Assembly: GCA_965261395.1 (NCBI GenBank)
Contig: OZ253462.1
Span: 1,792,001-1,856,000 of the forward strand
Reading direction: 5' to 3'
Origin: Candidatus Latescibacterota bacterium
Lineage (GTDB): Bacteria > Latescibacterota > UBA2968 > UBA8231
Length of the DNA: 64,000 bases
Shown: piece by piece, positions 9,212 through 19,317 of the stretch
Numbering within the stretch: the first letter of the stretch is position 1
How the letters are laid out: every line of letters begins with the position of its first letter
Notes under the pieces: generated by a model
Told to the model about the DNA's origin: nothing
Seen by the model: the letters and a program-made list of their open reading frames with translations, nothing else
Database searches by the model: none
Program-made: the position numbers and the translations under genes

Positions 9212-11413
9212 CTAAGGCAGCAGGTCGCCGTTTGCAGGCTCATCCACGCGCAGCACTTCCAAAACGCCCTCGATGCGCTCGATTTGATCTATGGCCTGGC
9301 GCAGTTGCTCGCTGTCGGTGACGTCGATCCAGAAGTCCTGTTCGGCGATGTGGCCATCGGTGCGGGTAGTGGAGTCGCGGATGTTGGAGCCAGCGTCGCT
9401 GATCGCCCGCGAGATGTCCGCGAGCAAGTACGTGCGGTCCCAGCTACGGGTGCGTAGCTGAACGGTAACGGCCGGTTCGTCCTCTATTTTCCACTCGACC
9501 GCGAGCAGGCGGTCTGGCTCGGCGGAAATCCGGCCGATGTTGGGGCAGTTGGTGCGGTGGACCGTGACACCTCGGCCTCGGGTGACTAGGCCGACAATAT
9601 CGTCGCCCGGGATGGGACCACAGCACTTGCCGAAGAGGATCATCAGGTTTTGCATACCTTGGATGCGGATGTCTCTGCGGTCTTGGGGCCGGAGCGCGCG
9701 CCGCTTGGGTTCGGGCGGAGCTATTTTGCCGATGACCTTGCCGATTGACAGGTCCCCGTTGCCTAAGGCCGCGTAGAGGTGCTCGGCGTTGCTAAACCCG
9801 AACTCCTTGGCCACAGCACTGAGGTCGGGTGGGTCGCCGGCCTGATCGGGCTTCAGCCCCCTGTCGAGTGCCTCCTTGCCGAGGCGCACGTTGTGGTCGT
9901 ATTGCTCCTCCCGCAGCCAGCGGCGGATGGCTTGGCGGGCCTTGGCGGTCTTGACTTGATCCAGCCACGTGAGTCTGGGCTTTTGCTGCGACGCGGTGAC
10001 AATCTCCACGGTTTCGCCGCTGCTCAACGTCGCGCTCAGCGGCACGACTTGATCGTTTACTTTGGCGGTCGAACAGTGCAGCCCGATGTCGGTGTGGATG
10101 GCAAAGGCGAAGTCGATCGGTGTGGCCCCCTTGGGCAACTGGTGTAGGTCCCCTTTGGGGGTGAAGACGAAAATCTCGTCCTGAGACGCCAGCTCGGTCT
10201 TCAGGTTTTCCATGAATTCGACCGGGTCGGTGGCCTCTTGTTGCCAGTCCATGAGTTGGTGCAGCCAACTCATGTGTTGGTCTAAATCGCTGGGACCCGT
10301 GTCATTGGATTTGTAACGCCAGTGGGCGGCGATGCCGATTTCGGCTGTGTGGTGCATCTGCGCGGTGCGGATTTGCACTTCGACATATTGGCCTTTAGGA
10401 CCAATTACCGAAGTGTGCAGCGACTGGTACATATTGCTCTTGGGAGTCGATATATAGTCTTTGAAACGTCCGGGGATGGGGGTGTAAATTTGGTGGACCC
10501 AGCCGAGAATTTGATAGCATTCGCGCTCGGTGCTGGTGATGATGCGCATAGCCAGCAGGTCGTAGATTTCGTCAAAGGGCCTACCCCGCGCCTTCATCTT
10601 GTTGTAGATGCTGTAGAAGTTCTTGGCGCGGCTCGTAAACTCGGCTTTAATGCCATTGGCGTGCAGGCTCTCTTCGATCGGGACCTTAAATTCCTTTATA
10701 TAGTCTTCGCGCTCCCGGCGCGTCATGGCCACGTTTTCGCGCAGTTCTTGGTAAGTTTCGGGTTCGAGGAATTTGAGGCTTTGGTCCTCTAGCTGCCAGC
10801 GGATTCGGGCCAGCCCAAAGCGGTGGGCCAGCGGGGCGTACACTTCGAGCGTTTCGCTCGCGGTCCGCTTGCGGGATTCGGGACTTAGGTATTGGAGCGT
10901 GCGCATGTTGTGCAAGCGGTCGGACAGCTTGATGAGCATGACGCGGATGTCCTTGACCATGGAGAGCAGCATCTTGCGATAGGTCTCGGCTTGGCGCGCC
11001 TCGCGGCTCTCGTAGGTTATCTGATCAATTTTGGTAACCCCGGCGATCAGTTCGGCGATCTTGTCGCCAAATTGCTCGGCGACCTCCTCATACGTGGCCG
11101 GTGTATCTTCGATGACGTCGTGCAAAAGCCCGGCTGCAACCGTAGTGTGATTCAAGCCCAACTGGGCTAGGAGCCGAGCCACTTCGACGCAGTGGGCTAG
11201 GAACGGCTCGCCGGACTTGCGAATCTGGCCCTTGTGATGCTCCTTGGCGAAGTGGTAGGCGCGGTTGATCAGCGCGAAATCGGCTTGGTCGTTGCAGGAG
11301 GAGACCTCGATCAGCAGCATCGACAGCCGCAGTTCGTCGCCTCCCTGCTCGACGAGCTCGTCCAGGTAGGTATTCGGGAGGGCCGGAAGAGGCGTGGGAG
11401 TGGTTTCGACCAT
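9212..11413 (-). CDS. relA: Bifunctional (p)ppGpp synthetase/hydrolase (long RSH)
   Basis: HD motif LLHDVIED, DRLHNMRTL, RFKDY, YQSLHT, EVQIRT, TGS and ACT domains. Confidence 0.95.
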   Translation of the reverse strand: MVETTPTPLPALPNTYLDELVEQGGDELRLSMLLIEVSSCNDQADFALINRAYHFAKEHHKGQIRKSGEPFLAHCVEVARLLAQLGLNHTTVAAGLLHDVIEDTPATYEEVAEQFGDKIAELIAGVTKIDQITYESREARQAETYRKMLLSMVKDIRVMLIKLSDRLHNMRTLQYLSPESRKRTASETLEVYAPLAHRFGLARIRWQLEDQSLKFLEPETYQELRENVAMTRREREDYIKEFKVPIEESLHANGIKAEFTSRAKNFYSIYNKMKARGRPFDEIYDLLAMRIITSTERECYQILGWVHQIYTPIPGRFKDYISTPKSNMYQSLHTSVIGPKGQYVEVQIRTAQMHHTAEIGIAAHWRYKSNDTGPSDLDQHMSWLHQLMDWQQEATDPVEFMENLKTELASQDEIFVFTPKGDLHQLPKGATPIDFAFAIHTDIGLHCSTAKVNDQVVPLSATLSSGETVEIVTASQQKPRLTWLDQVKTAKARQAIRRWLREEQYDHNVRLGKEALDRGLKPDQAGDPPDLSAVAKEFGFSNAEHLYAALGNGDLSIGKVIGKIAPPEPKRRALRPQDRRDIRIQGMQNLMILFGKCCGPIPGDDIVGLVTRGRGVTVHRTNCPNIGRISAEPDRLLAVEWKIEDEPAVTVQLRTRSWDRTYLLADISRAISDAGSNIRDSTTRTDGHIAEQDFWIDVTDSEQLRQAIDQIERIEGVLEVLRVDEPANGDLLP

Positions 11414-11551
11414 GGGATCCTTCGTTCTCTATTTGCCCGTCAATATAAACAAGCATATAGAAAAAAAACAAGTACATACAAGCAGAAGTTCCTCGCTCGT
11501 TTGCACGCGCGGTAGAAGTTAAATTAAAATGGGAAGAGAACAGGACGCAGG

Positions 11552-11941
11552 ATGTGGCGGCTAAATACCGAAAACGCACCAGTGCTGACGCGAGCGGATA
11601 AAATCCTCGCGCTCGTCGTGGGCTTGAGTGCGATCGGGCTGGTACTCTACGGCCGCTACACGGCCGAAGCCGGCGGCGTGCTCATCGTCGAGTTGGCGGG
11701 GGCCACGCCTGCCACACATGCCCTCTCCAACTACGGAACTTTGTCGGTTGTAGGACCTTTGGGAGCGAGCGAGATTGAGATCGGCCCCAAGGGCGCGCGC
11801 GTGATTTTCGCGCCCTGCGTCCACAAGATCTGCATGCGGCAAGGCTGGATGCAGCGGGCGGGTGCCGTGACCGCGTGCGTGCCCAACGGCCTAGTGCTGA
11901 GGATCGCTGGAGCCGCGCCCCTAGACGCGATGATTCGCTGA
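11552..11941 (+). CDS. NusG domain II (DUF1312 / Lin0431-like) membrane-anchored protein
   Basis: N-terminal TM, then GPLGASEIEI...APCVHKICMRQGW...ACVPN. Confidence 0.85.
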   Translation: MWRLNTENAPVLTRADKILALVVGLSAIGLVLYGRYTAEAGGVLIVELAGATPATHALSNYGTLSVVGPLGASEIEIGPKGARVIFAPCVHKICMRQGWMQRAGAVTACVPNGLVLRIAGAAPLDAMIR

Positions 11942-12462
11942 TGTTTGCGCGACCTAGAGACGTGGCCCGCTTGGGGCTTATGGCTAGTGCGGCCATTGTG
12001 CTCTTCGCCTTTGAATCGCTGGTGCCCAAACCCTTGCCCTGGATGAAGTTGGGGCTTGGCAATTTGCCGGTTTTGGTCGCACTGGTGAGCTTTGGCGGCC
12101 GCCCGGCGTTGGCGATTAGTGCCACCAAGCTCGCAGTCGGCGGCTTGCTCAGCGGGGGCTTTGCCGGTCCGGCCTTTGTCATCGGCGGTGGGGCTAGCTT
12201 GACGAGCTGGCTGGTCATGGTTGCGGTCCGCCGCATGGGAACGCGGCTTTTCAGCGTCGTGGGCCTGAGCATCTGGGGCGCGTTGGCGCACCAGCTCAGC
12301 CAGCTCGTTATCGCCGCTGGCTATATCGGCCATAGCGGTCTGTTCGCGCTTTTGCCGCTGGCCTTGTTTAGCGCTTTAGTGAGCGGGGGCGCGATCGGCC
12401 TGTTGGCTTGGTGGACCTTGGAGCAACTAGCGAAAATAGGCTGGTTGGACCAGGATCAGTAA
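11941..12462 (+). CDS. Gx transporter family protein (so-called heptaprenyl diphosphate synthase component I)
   Basis: FESLVPKPLPWMKLGLGN, SVVGLSIWGALAHQLSQL. TGATG coupling with the upstream gene. Confidence 0.85.
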   Translation: MFARPRDVARLGLMASAAIVLFAFESLVPKPLPWMKLGLGNLPVLVALVSFGGRPALAISATKLAVGGLLSGGFAGPAFVIGGGASLTSWLVMVAVRRMGTRLFSVVGLSIWGALAHQLSQLVIAAGYIGHSGLFALLPLALFSALVSGGAIGLLAWWTLEQLAKIGWLDQDQ

Positions 12463-12495
12463 ATGTACATGCCTTTTCTCCTATAGATCGTATCA

Positions 12496-14460
12496 ATGCC
12501 GCAAGAGCCTACCTTTCAGGCCCCAGCACGAGCCGAGACGGTCTTCAGCGCCAAAGCGCTAGTGGCGGGCACGCTAGGATCGCTGTGCATCGCCGTGGGA
12601 GCACCGTACGGCAACACGGTCATCCGCGGCTCCTACATGTCGATTGATTTCAGCGCGGCGGGTGCCCTATTCCTCTTCTTCGTACTGACGGGCTTGTTCA
12701 ATGCCTTGCTGACTCGCCTCGCCGCTCCTGTGGCCCTCGGGCGCGGCGAGCTCATCGTCGCGTACATTATGATGCTGACGGCCTCGGCCATCCCCACGAT
12801 GGGCCTCAGCGAGTACTGGCTAACGATCATCACCGGCGCCCAGTACTACGCCACCCCGGAAAACGAGTGGGCCTTGCACATCCTGCCGCACCTTCCCGAG
12901 TGGATCGCGCCGCAGGATCCCGAGTCGATCAAGTGGTTTTACGAAGGAGCACCACGCACCGCTGGGGTGCCTTGGGCCGTCTGGGTCGGCCCGCTGTGCT
13001 ATTGGGCCGTGCTAATCGTGGCCCTGTACTTGGTTATGATCTCGTCGATGGTCATTCTGCGCCGCCAGTGGGTGGAGCGGGAGCGGCTGGTTTACCCGCT
13101 GGTGCAAGTGCCCTTGGCTATGGTGGAGAGCGGAGGCCGCGGACAGGCGCTAGGTCCTTTCTTCAAAAACCCGATCATGTGGATCGGCTTTGCCCTGCCC
13201 GTGTTCGTCAGCAGCCTCAACGCCCTACACGCGTACTTCAACTTCATTCCCGCCATCCAGCTCGTCTCCTCTGTGCCGATCCTGCGCAACACCACCAGCC
13301 TGATCTTCCGCCTGAGCTTTCCCATGGTGGGGTTCGCCTATCTAATCAACCTCGACATCGCCTTCAGCTTGTGGTTTTTCAACACCATTGCCAAGCTGAT
13401 CCGAGGGGGGCTGGGGATTTTAGGGGTCGGCAGCACCGAAAAGCTGGGCATCTACGGTGCTCCTAGCGAGCCAATTCTCGCCCACCAAGGGCAGGGGGCG
13501 ATGATCGTCTTAGTGCTTTTCGGCCTATGGGTCGGCCGCGAGCACCTGCGTGATGTGCTGCGCAAGGCCTTCAAGGGCGACGACCGCATCAACGACAGCG
13601 GCGAGATGCTCTCCTATCGAGCGGCGGTCTTAACCTGGCTCGCCGGAGTCGCGGTGATGACCATCTGGCTGTGGCAGTCCGGCTTGCCGCTGTGGGCGGC
13701 CTTTTTGACCCTGATGCTGGCCATCCTTATCTTCGTTGGCCTAACCCGGGTGGTAGTAGAAGGAGGCGTGGCCGCGGCAGTCGGGCCGATGATTTCTTCG
13801 TCGGCCTTGGTCTCGGCCGTAGGCTCTTCGGCGCTCGGCCCGGCGGGCATGGTGGGCCTCGCGTACACCTATGTGTGGGCGGCGGATATCCGCACGTTTG
13901 TCATGGCTTCCTGCGCGCACGGCCTTAAATTGGGCGAGGAACTGGGGCCGCGGCTGCGCCCGCTTTTTTGGTACATGCTGCTGGCGATTTTTGTCAGCAT
14001 TGTCGGTTCGGTCGCAGCGATTTTGTACCTCGCCTACGAATACGGCGGCATCAATCTCAACGGGTGGTTTTTTGGTGGTGGAACTCGCGCCCCTTTTGAT
14101 TATATTACCACCAAGTTAAGCGCGCCCACCAAGCCGAACATCGATGGCTGGATTCACACTTTTGTCGGCGGGGGCATCATGGCCCTGCTCATGTGGGCGC
14201 GCCAGCGGCTCTTGTGGTGGCCGCTGCATCCCATTGGATACCCCATTGGTGCCGTATGGCTGATGGATCAGTTGTGGTTTAGCATTGCCCTTGCTTGGCT
14301 CTTAAAGCTATTGGCGATGAAATACGGCGGTCCCAGCCTTTTTCGCCGGGCGCGTCCCTTCTTTTTAGGCCTGATCATAGGCCAGTTTTTCATCGCCGGG
14401 CTTTGGTTGATTATCGACTTTTTTATGGGCATGACCGACAATGTGGTCTTCTGGATCTGA
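12496..14460 (+). CDS. Large polytopic membrane protein, DUF6785/DUF6784 (OPT-like) family
   Basis: 654 aa, many TM helices. Motifs LRRQWVERERLVYPL, WWPLHPIGY, KYGG...ARPFFLGLIIG. Confidence 0.75.
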   Translation: MPQEPTFQAPARAETVFSAKALVAGTLGSLCIAVGAPYGNTVIRGSYMSIDFSAAGALFLFFVLTGLFNALLTRLAAPVALGRGELIVAYIMMLTASAIPTMGLSEYWLTIITGAQYYATPENEWALHILPHLPEWIAPQDPESIKWFYEGAPRTAGVPWAVWVGPLCYWAVLIVALYLVMISSMVILRRQWVERERLVYPLVQVPLAMVESGGRGQALGPFFKNPIMWIGFALPVFVSSLNALHAYFNFIPAIQLVSSVPILRNTTSLIFRLSFPMVGFAYLINLDIAFSLWFFNTIAKLIRGGLGILGVGSTEKLGIYGAPSEPILAHQGQGAMIVLVLFGLWVGREHLRDVLRKAFKGDDRINDSGEMLSYRAAVLTWLAGVAVMTIWLWQSGLPLWAAFLTLMLAILIFVGLTRVVVEGGVAAAVGPMISSSALVSAVGSSALGPAGMVGLAYTYVWAADIRTFVMASCAHGLKLGEELGPRLRPLFWYMLLAIFVSIVGSVAAILYLAYEYGGINLNGWFFGGGTRAPFDYITTKLSAPTKPNIDGWIHTFVGGGIMALLMWARQRLLWWPLHPIGYPIGAVWLMDQLWFSIALAWLLKLLAMKYGGPSLFRRARPFFLGLIIGQFFIAGLWLIIDFFMGMTDNVVFWI

Positions 14461-14477
14461 GAAAGGCACTTACAATT

Positions 14478-17400
14478 ATGCCTAAGTTCGCGGTGAGGTG
14501 GATGGCCTTTGGCTGGGTTCTGGCCGGCGCAACACTAGCCCAAGCCGAGGTCGATTTTGCCGAGTTGGCGCGCACGACCCCAGTCGAGCGCGTGCAGCAG
14601 ACGATGGACACCTTTGCCAGCTTGGGATCTAGAATCGCCGGCTACCCAGGTGCCGACCAAGCGGCCCAGATCGTGCAGGAGCGCTTCCGCGCAATCGGCC
14701 TCGACGACATCACAATCCACGAATACGATGTATCGATTCCTGTCGATAAGGGCGGATTCCTGCGGGTCGTCGAAAGTGGCGAACAAGTGCCAATTCACGG
14801 CCTCTGGCCCAATCTAGTCAAAACCTCGACGCTGCCCGAAGGCGGGGTGACCGGGCGCTTGATCGACGCCGGCGCGGGCGAGTACGCGGATATGGACGGC
14901 AAACAAGTCGAAGGAGCCGTGGCCCTGATGGACTTCAATTCGGGCGACGCCTGGCTCAATGCCGCCTATCTCGGAGCGCAGGCCATCGTCTTTATCGAGC
15001 CAGATTCCACCGTGTACTTGGAGGGCGAAAAGAAATTCCTCTCCATGCCGCTCGACCTGCCGAGGTTCTGGATCAATCGCCAAGCCGGTCAGCACTTGCG
15101 CCGCCAGTTGGCCGCCGAGGGCGAGCAGACGCTCCACCTAGAGTACCGCATGGATTGGGAGCGACGTCCCGCTTGGAATATCCTCGGCACGATCCCCGGA
15201 TACGATCCCTTGATGAAAGAGGACGTAATCGTGCTGGAGGCGTACTACGACGCCATGTCGGTCGTGCCGGCCCTCGCCCCGGGTGCCGAGCAGGCCTCCA
15301 GCATTACTGCGCTGTTGGAACTAGCGCGCTATTTCCGCGCAAACCCGCCGGCGCGCACGGTCGTCTTCCTCGCCACTTCGGCCCACCACTTGGGCTTGCG
15401 CGGGGTCGATGATTTCATCCAGCGCTATTTGCGCAAAGAGGATCCCTTTATCGAACACATGCTGGTGCGGCGGGTCGTCGATGCCGCACTCGCGCGGAAC
15501 ATGATCGCCCAAGACGGCATCCACTACGCCATCGGCGAGGAGGAGTTTACCGGCAAGGAAGCCCTCGTGCGAAGCGTTGCCGAAGGGCGCACCGACTTGG
15601 CCGCGCACATTGCCGCCGCCGCCCTCACCGAAGGGCTGCTGGGCCAAGAGGAAGACGCATCCAGCAGTTCATGGGGCTTGTGGAAGAAGACAATAGAGGG
15701 CATTAAGGGGCTGCTGAGTCGAGGAGAAGGCGCACTGCACCTCGCTGGCAAGCAATTCGAAAACCGCCACGAACTGGTTGACCAGCTAGACTCGGACGAC
15801 GACTTGCGCCTCGCCCTCTACAAGCGCTGGGTTGATCCCAAAGTCGATTCGCTCGCGGTCAAGCTCTTCATTAGCCTCGACCTTTCGTCGCAGACCGACG
15901 AGCTCGGGGTCTGGAATAGCAATACCAGCTTTTACTACAAGCGCTACTTCGCGCCCTTCGGCAAAAACTTCATGGCTTATGCGCGCAAGATCAGCCGCGA
16001 GCTGAACTACCAGCGGCGCGACGTGCTGGTCAATGGCATCAGTCCCGAAGGCGGGATGAGCTGGCAGACCTTTGTGCCGGGCGAAATATCGGTCAACAGC
16101 GAATTGGTGTTGGCGACCGGTACGCCGGCATTGGCCTTTGTCACCGTCAACGACGCGCGCTTCCTCGTCGATACGCCCTTAGACCGAGCTGAGCACGTCA
16201 ACCACGCCAATCTCGCCAAACAGATCCGGGTGCTCGCCGGCATGTTCGAGATGGCCTTTGAAGACCCAGAGCTTTTCCCGGATTTCAAGATGCGCCTGCG
16301 CGACAATCTGCGCTCGCTGCGCGGCCGGACTATGGTCTTTCCGCGCCGCAGCATCATTCCCGACCTACCGCGCGCAGACGCAGTGGCCGTCGTGCGCAAC
16401 GGCAAGAAAAAGTCGTACAAAGGCGTGCGCGGAGAATACTACGAAGTCGTCGATGATAAGGGGGCCTTTTACGTAAATCGGGTGCGGGTCAACAACGTGC
16501 AGATCGAGGGCTACTACATGGACCCGATCACCGGGCGCATTACCTATGCCCCGGACCGCGGCGTGCAAGGCGACGAGATCTACCCGATGAAGGTCTCCAT
16601 GGACTGGCGCGACAAGCAGTGGATGGTCATCCTCTTCCCCTGCGTGCCCTACAATTTCTTCGACATCGTCGATCCGCGCTATCTCACCAAACTATCCAAC
16701 GTGCAGGTCTTTGACGAGACGAACGGCGCGCCCGTGGAGTACGGTTACACCATCGGCGAAGGTCCCTCGGCCCAAAACGAGCCAGTTGGAGTGCTCTTCG
16801 CGCGGCCTGGCTCGCGCATAAAGATGGGTTTTGGCGCTGGCTTACTCGGTTTCCGCTCGCTATTGCTCAACGCCACCAGCGCCACCGACAAAGACAAGGC
16901 CGAGGGCGAGGGCTTTGAGATCCGCCCCGGCACCTCTTTTGCCCGCACGACCTTCCAAGCCGCCCAAGACATGTGGAATCTCGACGAGTCGCGGATGCGC
17001 GAGTTGCGGAGCTTTGCGATTGAGAACCAGCGTCTCAACGACCTCCACTACCGGGCCAAGACCGAGTTAGATCAAGCCGCGACGGCGGGTGCCGAGCAGC
17101 GTTGGCGCGACTTTGTGCGTCACACGCGCGCGGGCTTTGGGCTGGAGTCGCGCGCCTATCCAGACGTCAAATCCACCCAAAACGACGTCGTTCAGGGCAT
17201 TATCTTCTTTATGGCCCTCGTCATTCCCTGCGCCTTTTTTACCGAGCGACTCATTTTTACCGCCGCCACGATCCGCAATCAGATCATCGGATTCGTCGGG
17301 GTATTTCTAGTGATCTGGATCGTGCTGTGGATGGTGCATCCGGCCTTTCAGCTTTCCAATCCCTTCGTCATTCTGCTGGCCTTCATCATCATCGCGCTGG

Positions 17401-19304
17401 CCGTTCTCGTGATGTCGATCATCTCCGGCCGCTTCAACGAGCAGATGAAGAAGCTGCGCACCGAGGTGGCCGTGATCCACGACACGGACGTCAGCCGCTC
17501 TTCGGCTTCGGTGACGGCTTTCCAGCTCGGGATTTCCAATATGAAGCGGCGCAAGACGCGCACGGTTCTCACCTTTACCACGCTGTTGCTGCTGACCTTT
17601 ACGGTGCTCTCCTTCACTTCCATCCGCACGGGCCTGCGGTTCAACCAAATCAACCGCGACAATGAGGGTCTCTACGAGGGCATCCTAATCCGCAGTAAGG
17701 CGTGGAATCCGATGGAGGATTCAGTCCTCGAATACGCCCGCAGCAATTTCGGTGATCGGGCCGCAGTCGCGCCGCGCAGTTGGTATAGCAACAAGGCCAA
17801 GGCGCACATCAAAATAAAACACGGCGACAAGGCCCATAACGCGCTCGGCGTCCTCGGATTGACCCCGGAGGAAACCGAGGTCACCGGGCTGCACCAAGCC
17901 CTAGTCGCCGGGCGGTGGTTTGAGCCGGGCGAGGGCAAGGTCTGCATCCTGCCCATCGACATGGTCAAAGAGGCCCATCTCGACATCGACCTCGCCGATG
18001 TCGGCCAAGCGCAGGTCCGCATTTTCGGCGACTTGTTCACGGTCGTTGGCGTCCTCGACTCCAAGCGGATGAAGGACCTCAAAGACCTCGACGATGAAAT
18101 CCTGACGCCAGCCGACTTCGCCGTCACCGGCGGCCAAGCCGTGCAGGAAATCGCCGAGGAAGAAAAGCGCGAGAAGCAGGGCTTGGAGGACGCCAAGGTC
18201 GTCATCAAGCCCTTTGTCCATCTAGAACCGGCCAACATCCTAATCGCGCCCTACCACACGCTGCGCAACGTCGGCAGCGGCAACCCCCTGCAATCCGTGG
18301 CCGTGCGCTTTCCCGAGGGCAGCGACGTGCGCGGCGAGGTCGAGGAGTTCCTCTCGCGCCTCGCGGTGACGCTGTTCGCCGGAGTCAAGGAGCCCGGCGA
18401 TGAATACATCAAGGTGTCGATCTATTCATCGCTGGGGATGACCTCCTTTTCCGGGATGAGCAACTTGTTCATACCCATGCTGATCGCCTCGCTAATCGTG
18501 CTCAACACCATGATGGGCAGCGTGTACGAGCGCTTCCGCGAAATCGGCATCTATTCTTCGGTGGGCCTAGCCCCCGGCCATATCTCTTGGCTCTTTATCG
18601 CCGAGAGCTGCGTCTATTCGGTGCTGGGCGTCGTCGCCGGTTATCTCAGCGGCCAAGTAGTCGCCAAAGTGCTCATCGAGTTCGACCTGCTGGGTGGCTT
18701 CACGCTCAACTACTCCTCAGTGGCCGCGGTGCTCTCCTGTATGCTGGTGATGGCCGTGGTCATGCTCTCGACGATCTATCCAGCGCGCAAGGCTTCGCAG
18801 ATGGCCGTGCCGGACGTGACCCGCAAGTGGAAGCTGCCGCCGCCCGACGGCGACCAATGGGATTTCGAGTTCCCTTTTACGGTCAGCGGCCACGAGGTCT
18901 TGGGCTTGAGCGTATTCCTCATTGGCTACTTCGACTCCTACAGCGAGGAGTCCATCGGCACCTTCTACACCGACGGTGCCCAGCTAAGCCGCGAAGAAAC
19001 GCCCAACGGCGAAGGGTACCTCATCGACATGAATATCTGGCTGGCTCCTTTCGATTTGGGCGTCAGCCAACACGTCACCGTGCAGGCTATGCCAGAGGCC
19101 GAGCACAACATTTACGCAGTCGGCCTGCAAATCAAGCGACTCAGCGGCGAGGACGCCTCGTGGCGGAGGGTCAACCAGCGCTTTATGAACGTCATCCGCA
19201 AACAGTTCCTCATCTGGCGCACGGTGGATGCCGAGGCCAAAGAAGGCTACCGCCAACAGGGTGCGGAAATTTTGCAAGGACTGCGCAGCGAAGTGTCGGC
19301 GTAA
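14478..19304 (+). CDS. Fusion: signal peptide + PA/M28 peptidase-like ectodomain + MacB/FtsX-like permease
   Basis: Start at MPKFAVR (SD AAGG). M28-fold motifs NILGTIPG, VIVLEAYYD, ALLELAR, SLDL. Permease motifs ISNMKRRKTRTVLT and LNTMMGSVYERFREIGIYSSVGL. Confidence 0.82.
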   Translation: MPKFAVRWMAFGWVLAGATLAQAEVDFAELARTTPVERVQQTMDTFASLGSRIAGYPGADQAAQIVQERFRAIGLDDITIHEYDVSIPVDKGGFLRVVESGEQVPIHGLWPNLVKTSTLPEGGVTGRLIDAGAGEYADMDGKQVEGAVALMDFNSGDAWLNAAYLGAQAIVFIEPDSTVYLEGEKKFLSMPLDLPRFWINRQAGQHLRRQLAAEGEQTLHLEYRMDWERRPAWNILGTIPGYDPLMKEDVIVLEAYYDAMSVVPALAPGAEQASSITALLELARYFRANPPARTVVFLATSAHHLGLRGVDDFIQRYLRKEDPFIEHMLVRRVVDAALARNMIAQDGIHYAIGEEEFTGKEALVRSVAEGRTDLAAHIAAAALTEGLLGQEEDASSSSWGLWKKTIEGIKGLLSRGEGALHLAGKQFENRHELVDQLDSDDDLRLALYKRWVDPKVDSLAVKLFISLDLSSQTDELGVWNSNTSFYYKRYFAPFGKNFMAYARKISRELNYQRRDVLVNGISPEGGMSWQTFVPGEISVNSELVLATGTPALAFVTVNDARFLVDTPLDRAEHVNHANLAKQIRVLAGMFEMAFEDPELFPDFKMRLRDNLRSLRGRTMVFPRRSIIPDLPRADAVAVVRNGKKKSYKGVRGEYYEVVDDKGAFYVNRVRVNNVQIEGYYMDPITGRITYAPDRGVQGDEIYPMKVSMDWRDKQWMVILFPCVPYNFFDIVDPRYLTKLSNVQVFDETNGAPVEYGYTIGEGPSAQNEPVGVLFARPGSRIKMGFGAGLLGFRSLLLNATSATDKDKAEGEGFEIRPGTSFARTTFQAAQDMWNLDESRMRELRSFAIENQRLNDLHYRAKTELDQAATAGAEQRWRDFVRHTRAGFGLESRAYPDVKSTQNDVVQGIIFFMALVIPCAFFTERLIFTAATIRNQIIGFVGVFLVIWIVLWMVHPAFQLSNPFVILLAFIIIALAVLVMSIISGRFNEQMKKLRTEVAVIHDTDVSRSSASVTAFQLGISNMKRRKTRTVLTFTTLLLLTFTVLSFTSIRTGLRFNQINRDNEGLYEGILIRSKAWNPMEDSVLEYARSNFGDRAAVAPRSWYSNKAKAHIKIKHGDKAHNALGVLGLTPEETEVTGLHQALVAGRWFEPGEGKVCILPIDMVKEAHLDIDLADVGQAQVRIFGDLFTVVGVLDSKRMKDLKDLDDEILTPADFAVTGGQAVQEIAEEEKREKQGLEDAKVVIKPFVHLEPANILIAPYHTLRNVGSGNPLQSVAVRFPEGSDVRGEVEEFLSRLAVTLFAGVKEPGDEYIKVSIYSSLGMTSFSGMSNLFIPMLIASLIVLNTMMGSVYERFREIGIYSSVGLAPGHISWLFIAESCVYSVLGVVAGYLSGQVVAKVLIEFDLLGGFTLNYSSVAAVLSCMLVMAVVMLSTIYPARKASQMAVPDVTRKWKLPPPDGDQWDFEFPFTVSGHEVLGLSVFLIGYFDSYSEESIGTFYTDGAQLSREETPNGEGYLIDMNIWLAPFDLGVSQHVTVQAMPEAEHNIYAVGLQIKRLSGEDASWRRVNQRFMNVIRKQFLIWRTVDAEAKEGYRQQGAEILQGLRSEVSA

Positions 19305-19317
19305 GGGAGGATAGCGA

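Noticed and set aside
14295-14477. Extended N-termini in the ORF track (also 6888, 11875, 22742, 5598, 34124, 63861)
   Set aside because: They overlap neighbouring genes or promoters. Downstream ATGs fit SD sites, signal peptides or family starts better.
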